Positions 26,501 to 40,831 of a DNA stretch of 64,000 nucleotides are shown piece after piece. A program made the translations under genes and the position numbers. This DNA comes from a virus. The notes under the pieces were generated by a model. It saw only the letters and a program-made list of their open reading frames with translations. It ran no database searches and was not told the origin of the DNA. Each line of letters starts with the position of its first letter. Position 1 is the first letter of the stretch. The stretch lies in the IMG/VR virus record IMGVR_UViG_3300013383_000248. The stretch is one strand, 5' to 3'.

Positions 26501-27209
26501 TGGATTAGTATATAAAGCATTGAATGATGCTGGAGTTAATGTTCCTATATTAACGGCTGAAGGATATAAACAAATGGCTAAATCTATTAGTTCTGCTAAT
26601 ATCAAACCTGGTGATTTAGTATTTTTTGGAGCTAATGGCGTGGCTGATCATGTAGGAATTTATATGGGCAATGGTTAGATGATAAATGCTACGGGTACTA
26701 AGACTTAGATTACTAGTATAGATTCTAAAAAAGCTGGATTAATTGGTTATGGTCGTATAGGTAATAGTTATTCTTCTAGCGATACTGCTGCTTTGATGGA
26801 TAGACTTGGTTTATCTAGAAGAGGTGGAGCTGCTTCTGGAGCTTATACTGGTGATTGGGGTCCTGGTTAGGGTATAGGTATTGATAATGGAAAAATTATT
26901 AAAGTCCATCCAAAAGAATTGATACTTAATAAATCTGATACTAGAAATATACTTCGTGCAGTTGATATTGTTCGTAATATGAATGATTGGGTAGATAAAC
27001 AAGTTTAGTAGTTATCTAATTTAAGTTCTTCAAAATTAGATAGCTTATATAATTCTGCTATCCCAAGATATGATACTCAACCAATTAAGCAAGAAGTCAC
27101 TATTCAAGCAGATTTCCCAGGAGTTACTGATCATTATGAAATTGAAGAAGCATTGTCTAATCTTAGCAATAATGCTGCTCAATATATAAGTGCGAATAAA
27201 TCTAAATGA
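17520..27209 (+). CDS. giant tail tape measure protein (~3229 aa) with C-terminal NlpC/P60-type peptidase domain
   Basis: A single frame stays open from ATG 17520 to TGA 27207-27209. It includes tracked ORFs 19428, 23586, 25749 and 26424 and ~150 in-frame TAGs; I found no TAA/TGA. It is highly alpha-helical/coiled-coil with a TMP-like core (ANAAGESASKVSDQLTAVWNNF). The C-terminus carries GLDCSGLVYKALNDAG ... VADHVGIYMGNG (NlpC/P60 Cys-His). Confidence 0.65.
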
Positions 27210-27233
27210 GGAGGATTAATTTCCTCCTCATTT
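27204..27233 (+). promoter_or_regulatory. perfect 12-bp stem hairpin (AAATGAGGAGGA-TTAATT-TCCTCCTCATTT) without a U-tract, between the tape measure stop and the next RBS
   Basis: Read directly. Contains a GGAGG on each arm and could modulate coupling or readthrough. Confidence 0.4.
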
Positions 27234-27254
27234 AGAGGAGAGAAAGGAGTTAAT

Positions 27255-30200
27255 ATGGCTTATAATAGAAAAGAAGAATACTTAGCAGTAGTTAAACAAC
27301 CAAAGCAAATTACTGATGAACTATTAGAAACCATTGATTATATCGCTCGGGCCCGTGATGCTGAATTATCATTTGATAAAACTATAATTGCTGAAATTGT
27401 AAGTCTTAATAATGCTGATACTGGTGAATATTTTGTTGAATATCAAAAAGGTAAATTTAGAGCATACGTACCAGCTGGAACTACATATACTTATTCTAAA
27501 GGAACTAATGTATATGTAAAAATTCCTGGTGGAGATTTTACTTAGAAAAAAACTATTGAGGGAAAAGTTTCTGCTTCTTCTTATACAGAAGAAGAGTATG
27601 AAGATTTATCTCAATAGATTATTGAAGTAAATGAAATCCATAGCGATGGCAATGAATATGGTATTTTGGCATATGCGCCAGAAGATAATACTTATTATGA
27701 AAAAGTAATTTATAGTAATGAAAAATTAGAAGACAATTCTATTTTTACAAGTTTAATCAGCACTTATCCAAATATTATGATTTCTGCTGATTTTAGGACT
27801 TAGTTTTATGGAACTATGGTGGCCGGCAATTATGGTTTAAAAGTAGAATTTGAAGAAAAAGATACTGGTGTTATTTTTACTCGTCGTTTAGATATTACTA
27901 ATTTTTCAGGCAGTATTTATGATTATGAGGTATTTTCGCCTTAGTATGCTATATATAACTTTCAAGGCATTGATTTATTAGGTGTAAAAAAAATCACTTT
28001 TTTTCAAGAGCGTTTTGTTGATTATGATAAAGTATATAATGGTAAAAATGAATTAATTTAGACCTACGATGAAGATCCAAATATCTTTTGTAAAAATATA
28101 AAACTTTGTTTTGTAGATTTACAAGATACTACTAAAGACTTATATTATGTAGGTATAAGTGCGCCACAAGGTTTATCATTAATTTACGATACAGATTCTA
28201 TTATCTTAAAAGGTGTTTTTTATTATGCCAATAAAGATATTTTAGATAAAAAAAATTGTGTTTGTTATTGGTATAAATAGAACCCTGCGATATTATCGGG
28301 GGATGAAAAATATGACAAAATTGCCGGGCCAGGCTGGGAATTAATTGATGATAAAACAAAAGTTAGTTTTAATGAATTAACTGTTTCTGGCAAAGATGTC
28401 TATCAATAGATAAGATATAAATTAGTTGTAATTTATAATTCATCAGTGACATTAAGTAAAGATGTTAGAGTTGTTAAATATTATAATGAACGTTTTACAA
28501 TAATCCGCAATGATGTGAGCGATACAGAAGTTAAATTAGAAATCGTAGATGGACGCGAAAAGATAGAAATGGCAGATTGGTATGTCGACCTTATGGATGG
28601 CTCATACTTAGCTTTAGATAAAGATGCTAGTTCAATTGATGTATCTAAATATTTAGATTATGGAACAGTAATGTTTTATACTGTTAGTCTATTGGAAGAC
28701 GGTAATTATGTACCATGTGAGTATAAATTAACTAATTATCAATCTGATATTTCAGTAAGAGTAATATTTAATGGTAATGATACTTTTTAGTACGATAAAA
28801 ATAACAGTATTACAGTAGATTAGTCAGAATCAGAAATGATTATTACTCCAACAATTACTGTTAATAAAGATAATATAGGTATTAAAACAGTTACTTGGTA
28901 TTCGCCTGATGGAGGATAGCTATTTGAATACCCTACTACTAAAATAACTAATTCAATGATTTCTAAATTATGGGTTAATACTAGTGATAATTCAGTTCAT
29001 TTTAATATTCGACAAAAACGTATTTCTAATTATACAAATAATACATTAATTTTAAAAGTTATTACCTTAACTGATAAAGAATATTATTTTAATAAAACTA
29101 TTTATTTTAGTAAATAGGGTGAGTATGATTTAAATGGTAGAGACTATACTTTTATAATTAAACAATGTGATGAAAATGGAAATGAAATTTCTAAACGACC
29201 ATTAAATAAAGTTGGAGATACTTATAATCCTATTTATTTTAAAGCTGAATTACGATTAGATGGAGAAATTATTACTGCTGATACTAAATATAAAGATGAA
29301 GATGGAAATATATTAGGGAGTTATGATTTAACTTTAAAACGTACAGATATTCACGTTTCTAGTGAAAAACTTACAGATACTATCTATAAAGTTAATAGTT
29401 TTATTGAAGATAAAGAAGGATAGTATTTTATTAAATTTAGTTTAACAGTTGGTATTAAAGGAAAAACTGAAGGTACTAAAGTATTAAATTATTGGCAACC
29501 CATAATGGTTAGTGAAAATATTGAAGTTAATAATATAAAAGAAATAAGTATTCCTGATAGAATTACATATGATAGTTCTGGAACTGCAAGTTATCATTCA
29601 TTAAATGCTATTTCATTTATTTATTATTGTAATAAAGTAAACGTATAGTTAATTGGACCTTATAGCTATTCAATGACAACTAATTTATTTTTATATCCTT
29701 TAGAAGAAGATGGTAAAAAAACAGGATATTATAAATTAGTGCCTACTTCCACTTTTGGAGGAGCTTATTTTGCTGAAGAAACTGATACAGTAGATACTTC
29801 TCCTATGGGAGCTATCTATATTACTATCCCAACTGATAGGTATGGAGATAGTACTATTAGATATTTAATTTATCCAGTAGTAATGCTAATAGAACGTGAC
29901 GGGAATGTTACTGATGTAGAAGAAGATGATGGCACTGATATCACTGTAGTAGATGAAGAGAATCCAGAATTTACTAAGCCTATGAAACCTAGTTTTTCTC
30001 ATTAGGGTGGTAAATATGATTAGACAACTAGAGATTAGGAAAATGAAAGTAAATGGAAAGAATACGTAGGCGGAAAAACTTATATAGGTGATACTTGGGA
30101 AAAACAGCGCAAAATTCCTGTTGAAAAACCAGTAGAACCTAAAGATCCTATTGTTACTTAGAGTTTATAGTTATTAACTGAAGAACTAAATACTAGTGGT

Positions 30201-30473
30201 TATGTTTCTGGATTATATTAGTATGATAGTGATGATATACCTACTAATATTTTACGTGCTGATGGCCTTGTTAGATTAGGTGGAGATAAATTAGTTATTG
30301 ATATAGATGGAAATTTAAAATTAAATGAAGAAACTCCTAGCAATATATTAACTATAGCTAGATTATTGAATGAACTAACTTCTAATTTAGATTTTAAACA
30401 GGAATTAAGTAATAATATAGTTCCACCCCCTTAGAAAAATATTAAAATACGTAATTGGTATATTGAAGAATGA
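27255..30473 (+). CDS. large tail structural protein (~1072 aa; distal tail/baseplate candidate)
   Basis: Tracked ORFs 27255, 28446 and 29673 are in one frame. Codon-by-codon check to TGA at 30471-30473. Confidence 0.6.
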
Positions 30474-30503
30474 TGGATTTTTATCCATCATTCTTTTTTT
30501 TTA
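30466..30503 (+). terminator. rho-independent terminator (GAATGATGGA-TTTTTA-TCCATCATTC + T9)
   Basis: Read directly. Confidence 0.8.
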
Positions 30504-30579
30504 TTTGGACCAAAATAGTATGTTTACAATATATAATTTTTAAAAATAAATAGAAATAAGAGTTAAAGGAGGTCAATAA

Positions 30580-33500
30580 ATGGCAACATCTACAATAAAT
30601 GTAAATAGAGTATATCCGCCTATAGTTAATAGCTCAATTCCAGCATATTTAGCTACTGCGGAATCTTTAAATATAAATTTTTCTTTGCCTAAATCATTGA
30701 ATTATGATGATGTAAAAAATATTTCAATTAAATTTAGCCAATAGTCAAATAATAAAAGTGTAGTTAATACAGATGTTTATTATGATGGAATTATTTATAT
30801 GGAAAAGCCTACTACCTCTACTAATGGAATATATACGGTTACTGTAAAAAATTCGGATATAAAATTAGGAGATACCGTTGGTTGGGTTTCCAATACTTTT
30901 TATAAAATCCAAATCCGTTTTGGATATAGTAAATTAGATTATGAGAAAAACAAAATTGCATTTTTTAAATGGAAAAAAACACAAACATTAATAAATGGAT
31001 TTTCAGAATGGTCTAATGTAATAATTACTAAAGCAATAGAAGAACCTATTGTAAATATTTTAAATAATAGAGAAATAACTAATCTTGATGTTGGTTTTAT
31101 ATTAACCAAAAGTGAAAATGTAGAAACAACAAGATTTCCTAAATTTTAGGGTGGTTATCATTGTGCTGCCGAAGAACCTATGGATAAATATCGTTTTAGA
31201 TTATATGAGGGTTCTTACACTAGTACAAATTAGCCTACAATTGATCCTTATTTGTCTAGCGATTGGTTATAGTTCAATGGTGGCGGCCAAGATTACTATA
31301 CAGGATTGGTTGAATATAGTTTTAATAGATAGTTAGACTATTTGGGCCATAAAACTTATTCAGTAGTTTTAGATGTAATTACTGCTAATGGGTATCAAAA
31401 ATCTTCTGAATTTTATAATTTTACTATTACTGAAAATTATTTAAAATAGCTAGAGTCTTTAGTTTTTATTGTTAAAGATAATAGTGGAGATACTACAATT
31501 TAGCAAAGATTATTTAATACAAACGAAACTAGCTTTGAAACTTATAAAAGTTATTTTAATATTGATGGAGAAAATCCTACATTCATTAGAGGATATTTTA
31601 ATGATTGTATTGAAAATGGAATAAGCTATAAAACTGGCGATATTGTTTATAGAACTGGCACAGTTGGCATAGATGCTAAAGAATATATTTTATCTCGTGA
31701 TACTAGAATTAACGCTGTTGAAAATTTCAGCCATAATATAAGAGCTGATGAAAATGCCAGTTTAGAAATTTATATAAAAAATAATCCCTATAAAGTAACA
31801 GAGCATACTGTTGATACTACTATTACTGGGGATAAAATAGAATATGATAAAGTAGTTTTAAAATATTAGCCTCTTGACGGAACTTTTATTTTATCTAGAG
31901 CTTGTGAAAAAGATAATTATACTTAGTGGGAAGATATAGCTTAGTTTGATTGGTATAATGAATCTAATTATGATAATGAATTAACTTTATTATACGAAGA
32001 TTTTACTGTTGAGAGTGGCGTTAAATACAAATATGCTTTACAGAAAAAAAATGTCGCAGGACTTAGAAGTGCGCCAAAATATGAAGCCTCTGATATTGAT
32101 ACTTCTCCGGCACATTGGTCTAATTTTTAGTATAGCTATATTTATAATAATGGTATTCAAGTTCGTTTAAATTTTGATTGCAAAATAAATAGTTATAAAC
32201 ATACTACTTTATTCCAAAAACAAGATAGTTTAAATTCTAAATACCCTATTATATTACGAAATGGTCTTGCACATTATGCTGAATTTTAGTTAGGAGCTAA
32301 AATTTCTTTGCTTAGTGATGAAGATTCTTCTTTTTTAATGCGTAATGATGCGAAAGGCGGTTATTACCATAGTTGGTATGGTGACATAGTTATCTCAAAA
32401 GATAAATATATAGAGAATTTTACGCGAGATTTACAAGCACCATATAATAATAAATTAACATTGGGGCAATATATAGATATTGATGCTTCAGTTTTTAATA
32501 CTTCTCCTACCAATAATAATATTTATATGGAGCGTATTTATCGTCATTGGGTAGAAGAATTCCTTAATGATGGTGGATATAAATTATTTAAATCAGCTAC
32601 TGAGGGCAATCATATTGTTACATTAACTAATGTCTCTTGGACGCCACAAGCATCTTTGGGAAGAATGATTTATGATTTTAATTCTACTGCATATGAAGTA
32701 GCAGAATTTAATTGTGATAATATTAAATTATATAATATAAATCCTTTAACGACTTTATCTAATAATTCTAAATTAGCTATTCAAGATGCTAATACTAAAA
32801 ATAAAGTAATTATTGGTCAAGTAGCTAGAACATTTAATGGATAGTTAGAGAAAGAAGTAAAAGGTAATTCATTAAAAATTATTTCTAATCCTAAATTTAA
32901 TGAAAAATATGATAACATTTATGAAGCTATTAAATTATAGGAAGAAATTGAAATTAGTGAAGAGAAGAAATACACGTTAATGAAGGTACGAACTATTTGG
33001 GTAGAGCAATATCCTAAATTAAGTTTAAAAAATAGAATTGAATATTTAAAACATCAAAATGGATTATCAATGATAGAACAATTAGAAAATGCAGTTGAAT
33101 TATTACGTTGTGAATAGTTATTAAAAGAGTATGAAAAAAATCAAACTAATATAATAACTATGATAATAAATAATAAAGAAATTTCTATGATGCCTAGCCG
33201 TATATACCATATTGATGATATGAATTTACAATCTATGTATTTAAAATTTACTCGTCCTGTTTTAATAAATTATATTGCTGAAATAGAAGAAGAAGATTAT
33301 TCAGAAATGGTTACAGTGGCTACTCGTGAATTTGTTCAATGGGGACAAATAGGTGGAGTATTTACCGATACTAAAGATATATTAGATAATCATCAATTTT
33401 TCAGAAATGATGATACTAATATTGTTAATGAAAATTATAATTATAGTTTGTACTCTACTCGAAATATTATGGAAGTATTAAAAGAAAAAATACATACTTC

Positions 33501-33999
33501 TATTTTAAATGATTATAGCGGAGAAAAAATAAATTCTTCTTTTGAAATTTTATATAATAAAATAAATGAATTTTTAGATAAAATAGATGATGATACAAAT
33601 TCTATTGAAGATTTATTAATTGAAGGTACTGAATTATTAGAAGAATATCGTCCATTATCAGGATTAGTTTTAAATGATTAGACTGATGCTTGGATGAATG
33701 GTTCTGACCAATTAGTAGTTTATAACTTTAATGGTATAGAAAGCCTTGAAATTGAAGCTGATGCTAATACTGATATTGTTTTTGGTAGAAATAATGAAAT
33801 TGATAGTAGCACTGGTTCTGTTTCTCCGGCGAATGAAGGTAATCATATTCGAGTTGGACCAACAAATAAGATAGTATTAAATCCTTTAAAAAGTACAATT
33901 AAATCATTGGAATTTGCACGTCCATCTTATGCTATCATTAATTATAAAGCTGTTTCTTCTCTAGAATTAAAAGGATATATTAATACAAATGAGGAGTAA
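30580..33999 (+). CDS. large tail structural protein (~1139 aa)
   Basis: AAAGGAGG RBS. Tracked ORFs 30799, 32308, 33160 and 33694 share its frame. Continuous through many TAGs. Confidence 0.6.
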
Positions 34000-34004
34000 G
34001 TAAT

Positions 34005-37000
34005 ATGAGAGAATATCTAACTGATTCAAAATTCTTGTCTATGTTAGATGAGATGCGTATAAAGAAACATTATGCAAAAATTACTATATTATCATTTGTA
34101 GATGAAAAGCCTTTACGAGAAATTCAAGGAATAGCAACAGCTGGCTCTATTACTGTTAATGGGCAAGCAGCATTACGCCGCACAATAAGTTTAACAGTAA
34201 GCGGAGTAGAAAATGAAAATGATATAAATAATATTGAAAATATAATTTCAATAAATAAAAAAGTAAAAATAGAAGTTGGGCTTGAAAATCCATTTGAAGA
34301 TTATAAAAATTATGGAGATATTATTTGGTTTCCTCTTGGAACTTATGTAATTAATCAAGCCACTACTTCTACTACAGCCTCTTCAGCAAATATTTCTATT
34401 TCAGGCAAAGATAAAATGTGTATGCTTGATGGTACTTGCGGAGGTACACTACCTTCAGCAGTTACTTTTCATGAGACGCAATATGAAGATGATAATGGAG
34501 ACATTACAATAGAGCAAGTGCCTATATTTACAATTATTAAAGAATGTGTAACACATTTTGGTAAAGAACCAGAATAGAATGTTATAATTAACGATGTAGA
34601 TATGACCGCAAAACTTAGTACAAAATATATAGGCCAAAATCCTATATGGTTTTCTAAAGATTATAAAAGTTTTGTGATTAGCGAGAATGCTCCTGAAGAT
34701 GAAAATTTTTTACAACATAAATTTATTTATGGATAGGATGTTGGATATCAAGAAACAGATTTTACTTATCCAGGAGAATTAGTGTTTTCTGCTGGAGATA
34801 CAGTAACTTCTGTTCTTGATAAAATTATAGAATCTTTAGGTAATTATGAATATTTTTATGACTTAGATGGGCATTTTGTTTTTTAGCAGAAAAAAAATTA
34901 CTTAAATTATTATTATACTCCAATTACTTAGATTAATGATAATTATTATATAAAAGCTTTTTCTGATAGTAAATATTATTATACTTTTATTGATGCAAAA
35001 GATGCTTTATCTTATTATAACAGTCCTAAATATGAAAATATTAAAAACGATTTTATTGTTTGGGGTGATAAAACCAATAGTAATGGTGTAACTAAAACTA
35101 TTTAGTATCATTTAGCTATTGATGAAAAACCGCAAATTGATTTAGCTAATCAATATATGTGGGATATTATTAGAGGCAATGGTGACCACGCATATTATTT
35201 ATTTGAGTATGAGAAAAATGATTATAATTAGACTCCTGAGTAGAAAGCTATTGAATTAATTTATACTCAAAATCATAATGAAATTACTGATAGTTCAATA
35301 GAAACTGCTATTAAAAAAGATGTAGTAAATAATATTTTACAGAATTATTCTTTTTATAACGGAGATTAGTTTATACTTTATTATAAAGTTACTTTTTCTG
35401 ATTAGATAAGATATTATAAAGTTATATTATTAAATAATGAAATAATTGATTTTGTATATCTTGAGGATTTGACTGATATTATTGATTTTACTCATTTAGC
35501 TTTTGGAGTTTATCCTAAGAAAGACGAAGAAGAGGAAGAAGAAGATAATGATTCTCCAGAAGATGAACCGATAGGTTATCCTGATAATCCAAATCTTCCA
35601 GACATAGACCCTGATTTTGGCATACCTGATTCTTGGGAAAGAAATTCTAATTCTACTAAATCTTAGACTTCGTTAGACCCTGATTTTGGGGCAAATCCAC
35701 AAGATCCTTCAGACGACACTAAAGATGATTCTGAGGATAAAAAAGATGATACTACAAAGGTAAAATATAAAGAATTTTATTTAGTACAAAAAAGAATTAT
35801 AGATAATATAGATGTTTTAGGATATTATAATAAAAAAGGCGAATGGATATAGATTTTTGAATTATCAGAAGGATTAAATTTAACTAATATAAATAATTTA
35901 ATTAATAAAGTAAAATAGAATTATTATTTAAAAATTATAAAAGATATAAATTTTGATGAAATTAATAAAGAGTATGATTTTAATTTTATAAATCAAAATA
36001 ATGTTTTATTAATTTCAAATACTGATTTATTAATCTATAAATTAAATTCTTATGATTCTCAAGGCAATAAAAAAGAATTTAATTATAGTATTCCTAATGA
36101 CTATTCAGAAATAAAAGATTCTGAAGATAAAATATTAATATCTAAAGAAGAACATAAAGAATTAATTAAAGTTTTATTAGAATACTATAAATCAAATAAA
36201 GATGATTTAATTGATGATATTACTTTAATTTATAATTATACTGATATAGATGATATTTCTGATAGTGATTCTTCTGATTCAGATAGTAATAATCCTACCC
36301 CAAGAGACTCTAATAATAATGTTATGCCTTTAGCTACAATTGATCCTGATTTTGAAGTAAATCCTGGAGAGGAAAGTAGCTCAGATACTAGTTCATCTAC
36401 TACTGACAACAAAAAAGGTAGCGATTTGTTATTACCTTTTTTAGATCCAGTAGATGGGAAAAAAGATTAGCTAAAAGTTTTAAAAGATTAGGAAGATATA
36501 ATAAAGAAAATTTTTATTTTACGAGATAATGGGAATTATTCTTTAAATGAAATAATTGAAGAAATAACTAATGCTTATAACTCTAATATCATTGATTTTT
36601 CAATTCTTCCTGAAAAAAGTAAAATTAAAATTATTACTTATATTCCAGAAGAGCCAGAGTTTGATTATGAAGATAATTTTTATTTTACATTAATTGGAAC
36701 TCCTTGCAATGAATGGCGCGAGGAACTATTTAGATAGGCTTTACTAAATAATGAAAATGGCTCTCAAAAGGGAGACTATGATGATGAATTATTAGCTAAA
36801 ATAGATAATGAATATTTATGGCGTAAACAATTATTTGATCCCTAGAATGAAACTTGGCATGAAGAATGGAATAACTAGATTGACTCGGTTAATTTGGATG
36901 AAGAAAAAATAGATACTTGGGATGGATGGAATCCAGCTATTTATATTGATCCTAGTTTAATTACTTATTGGTTAGATTTTATTGATGTTGATTAGTTAGT

Positions 37001-37451
37001 ATCAAAATATTCTGTTAATAAGATAGGCCGGCGCACTAAAGCCTTGACTAAAACTAATATGAGTTTATTATATAAATTAGATGTGCCTGATATTATTTTT
37101 TTTGAAAATACTGGTGAAGCAGATTTAATTTAGAAAATTGAAGAATATACTTTAGAAGGCCAGGCGTATTGTGCCCTAAAACCGGGGCAAATGAAACTAT
37201 TTAGTTCTAGCGGAACAGGTAGTACAGCATTTGATTATATTCGAGAAATGCTTTATTAGTATTTAATTTATAATTTAACTGTTACTATTAATTGTACCCC
37301 AAGGTATTATTTAGAGCCTAATAATTTAATTTATATAGATGATAAAAAAAGTAATATTAAAGGTGAATTTGTTATAACTTAGTACACTCTTCCTTTAACT
37401 TATAATGGAAATATGTCAATTACAACAAATGAAGCCTTAACAAGAGTATAA
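34005..37451 (+). CDS. large tail structural protein (~1148 aa) with acidic/Ser-Asp low complexity and three DPDF(G/E) repeats
   Basis: Tracked ORFs 34005 and 35469 share the frame. Ends TAA inside the AAGGAGG of the next gene. Confidence 0.6.
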
Positions 37452-37461
37452 GGAGGTAACA

Positions 37462-38163
37462 ATGAGTATTGAATTAAAATAGATTGTTTATAATCTTGAA
37501 GATTATGGAGGATCTGGTGGTTTAATCTCTACTAATAAAAATAATCATAATGAATTAATATATAGTATGGTTTATTAGAATAATGAAAATGATTCTACAG
37601 AAACTACTTTAGTTGGCGATTTAGGATTAACTGATTATCTGGAAAATCGTATTAATATTTTTGATAAAAATATTTTAGCAAATTATACTAATGTAAAAAA
37701 AATAGGTATTTAGGCTCCTCCTGGAACTAAATTTACTTTTTCTGAATCAGTTACTCCAAATGCTGGACAATGGTTAATGATAGGTCGTACTGGAATTTAT
37801 GAATTAAATGATGATATAGTAATTAAATCATTACGATTTCAACATCCTAAAAATTATATTTTAAATAAAGAATTAAGTTAGGAATTATAGTCTAATGGAA
37901 CAGCAATTATGAAACAGGCTAGAGATGAATTTTTAACTAAAGTAACTGAGTTAACTAAAAGCCAAGGGACAGTCCCAGATCGAACTGAAACTGGTAATGA
38001 CTATTGGATATAGTATAATAATCTCCATTAGCAATACGTTACTAAATACAGAAGCGGTTTAGGCTTATATTTAAAAGGCAAAGCTGGAGTTTATGTTGAT
38101 GGTTCTGAAGATGATTTATATAATATTATTATTGATTTTACTTATGGAGAAGAGGAGGGATAA
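37462..38163 (+). CDS. hypothetical tail protein (~233 aa)
   Basis: AAGGAGG RBS; continuous through TAGs; TAA at 38161-38163. Confidence 0.5.
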
Positions 38164-38166
38164 TTA

Positions 38167-40818
38167 ATGTATAGTTTTTATGGCGGACAAAAAGGTTAGG
38201 ATTTTAAAATAACAAGAATATTTTCTAACCGAGCAATAGATATGGTTGGAGATTTATAGATGCGTTGGACTTCACCAGTAAATGTAGGAGATTATATATT
38301 TATTAATTATGGTGATCCTTCATTTATGAATGAAGAAACTTCTAACTATAATACCAATTTATAGATAGATTTAAAAGCCAGCGGTAAATCTTTTACTAAT
38401 TCATTATGGCAAAAAATTTATGTAGATAGAAATTTAACAATTTCTCCTGAGTTCCCTGAGAATGATAATAATATTTATGTTTTCTTAAATTTAGATGAAA
38501 GTAATACTGAGGAATACGGTAATTCTTTATAGGAAGTATCAGATATTGAAAGCGAAGAATGTTTTGGGTTTGGATATAGATTAATTGCTTGTGTAACTGG
38601 TGTTACTCCTCGAATTTAGGTATTCCATTAGACAATAGATATTGAAGATGGAGATCCTTATGTTACTTTAAATTTAACTAACCCTGATACTCCTAAAATT
38701 AAATTTTATTTACAACGTGGATAGTGCATTGAAGATGTTTATAGAAATATTGTAGGATCTTAGGAAGAACCTAATGCTTATTTATACACTGATGGTAGAA
38801 CTTATATAGATAAAAATGGTGAAACAAAAACAGCCACTTTAACTAAGCCTTAGTTGATATTTGATTTGCCAAAGGCCCCTACGTTTTATTATGGTATGTT
38901 ATTTGGTACAGGTCCTTTAAATTTTTATCATAATTTTGGTACTTTATCTAGTAGAGAATATTATTTAAACAATGATACATATAAGATTTATAAGAAAGAA
39001 ATACAGTTAATAACCAGAATTAGTGATTTTTTACATAGAATTTTATTAAATGATGCTGTAACTTATACTTTAGATGAAAGCTCTAAAGATAAAGATACTG
39101 GTATTTATAGTAATCTTCAATTTGATGATATAAAACATTTTTATTATATTGTAAATAATAATTTTTTTAAAGAAGGCAGTAATTTAAATAGATCATTTAT
39201 ATACGTTCAAGAAGAAGACAAAAATGTTATTTTTAATCCATTGTCTAATAAAAATGATGAAGTGACAAAAAATAATGAGAAAAAAATTTTAAAATTATAT
39301 AAAGAATTAAAAAATGATTATCATTTATCTGTACGTCCTTATGAACGTTATAAAGAAGATGGTTCAAAAGAGTTAATTCCTTAGTATATGTGGACAAATG
39401 ATGATGCCACTGAAGAAGTTAATACTTATTTATTATCATCTTCTATTTTCAAATCCTTCCCTAATTCGTTATATCCTTTAGGAATTATAATAAATGATTT
39501 AATAGAAAAATTATTTAGTATTATTGTAGAAGATGAAAATGGAAATCCTTCAATAAAAGAAAATTACATTACTTCTGATGTATCTTATTCTTTTGAAACT
39601 TATAATACTGCTGATTATTTAATTGGAGTATTAGCACAAGGTTCTTATTTAAATGAACATTATTATGATGTATCAAAAGCTTATAAAGCTGATTTTTATG
39701 TTAATGAACCTACTGGTAAATTTTATATTTTAACAAATATAAATGAAATTTATATTGAAGGAAAATATATCGGAGCTATTACCGCCCCTGCTCCTATTGC
39801 TACGACCCAAATGACTTCTAGTTTTTATTTTGATAAAAAGGAACAAAAATATGTAAAAAATCAAAATAAAGTTATTAGTAGTTTAACTGAAGGTATGGGA
39901 GAAAATATTTATCAAGAAGAATTCTTATTTAAATTAGTAAATGATCCTATTACCTTGACAAAAATAAAATAGGTTGTTAATGACGCAGATTTTACAATCG
40001 GAAAACCTATTCCTTAGAATGAAAATGAATAGTTAGTAAACATAGAAGCTCCTATGCCTATCCATGTATTTACTCCAGGGAGTAGTGGATTAAGTGTTTT
40101 AAATAATAAAGTAATATGGAATTCTACTAATTATGAAGGACCATTATTTTCTAAAGGAGATCTATTTTTCAATATAACACGATTAGAGGATAATAATGCT
40201 AACCGTGGTGATGTTTATAGATATAATTAGCTTCCTACAAATACAATCGAAGAATAGAAAGCTATTTTAAAAGATACAATGACTAATAGTTGGGAATTAG
40301 TTGGGAATATAAAAGGTATTCCAGGTATTCCTAATCCTACTAAAATTGTAAATATTACTTTAATTCCTACAACAAATCAAAGTGATAATTTTAAAATAAC
40401 TTATTTAGGCAGTAGTAATACTAGTACTTTTAATTATAAGATAAATAAATCTCCTAATAATGGAGCAGAAGTTAATCCAACTCCAACATTAATGGCTATA
40501 ATTCAAAATATAATTAATGGTAATAATATTTCAGTATCAAATAATGAATTAATTTTACCTGATTTATTAGTAGATACTAATAATGGAGAAATTTTATTAA
40601 TAAATTACTTTGCTTCAGAAAATTCTACCCCTGAAAGTTATTGGGGAATTTATACTAATAATTCTTGGAATATAATGTCTTTCTCAGGTGGCGGGTCTTC
40701 ATTCTTAAATGATTAGCCTAATAAATTAACGGAATAGCATAAACAATAGGGTTATTCAGTTGATTATTTAGAAACAAAATTTTTAAATAGCCATTTAATC
40801 TGGCATGATTGGGATTAA
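38167..40818 (+). CDS. tail fiber / receptor-binding-like protein (~883 aa), Asn/Ser-rich C-terminal region
   Basis: Tracked ORFs 38854, 39388 and 40279 share the frame from ATG 38167. TAA at 40816-40818. Confidence 0.55.
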
Positions 40819-40831
40819 GGAGGAATTTTAA

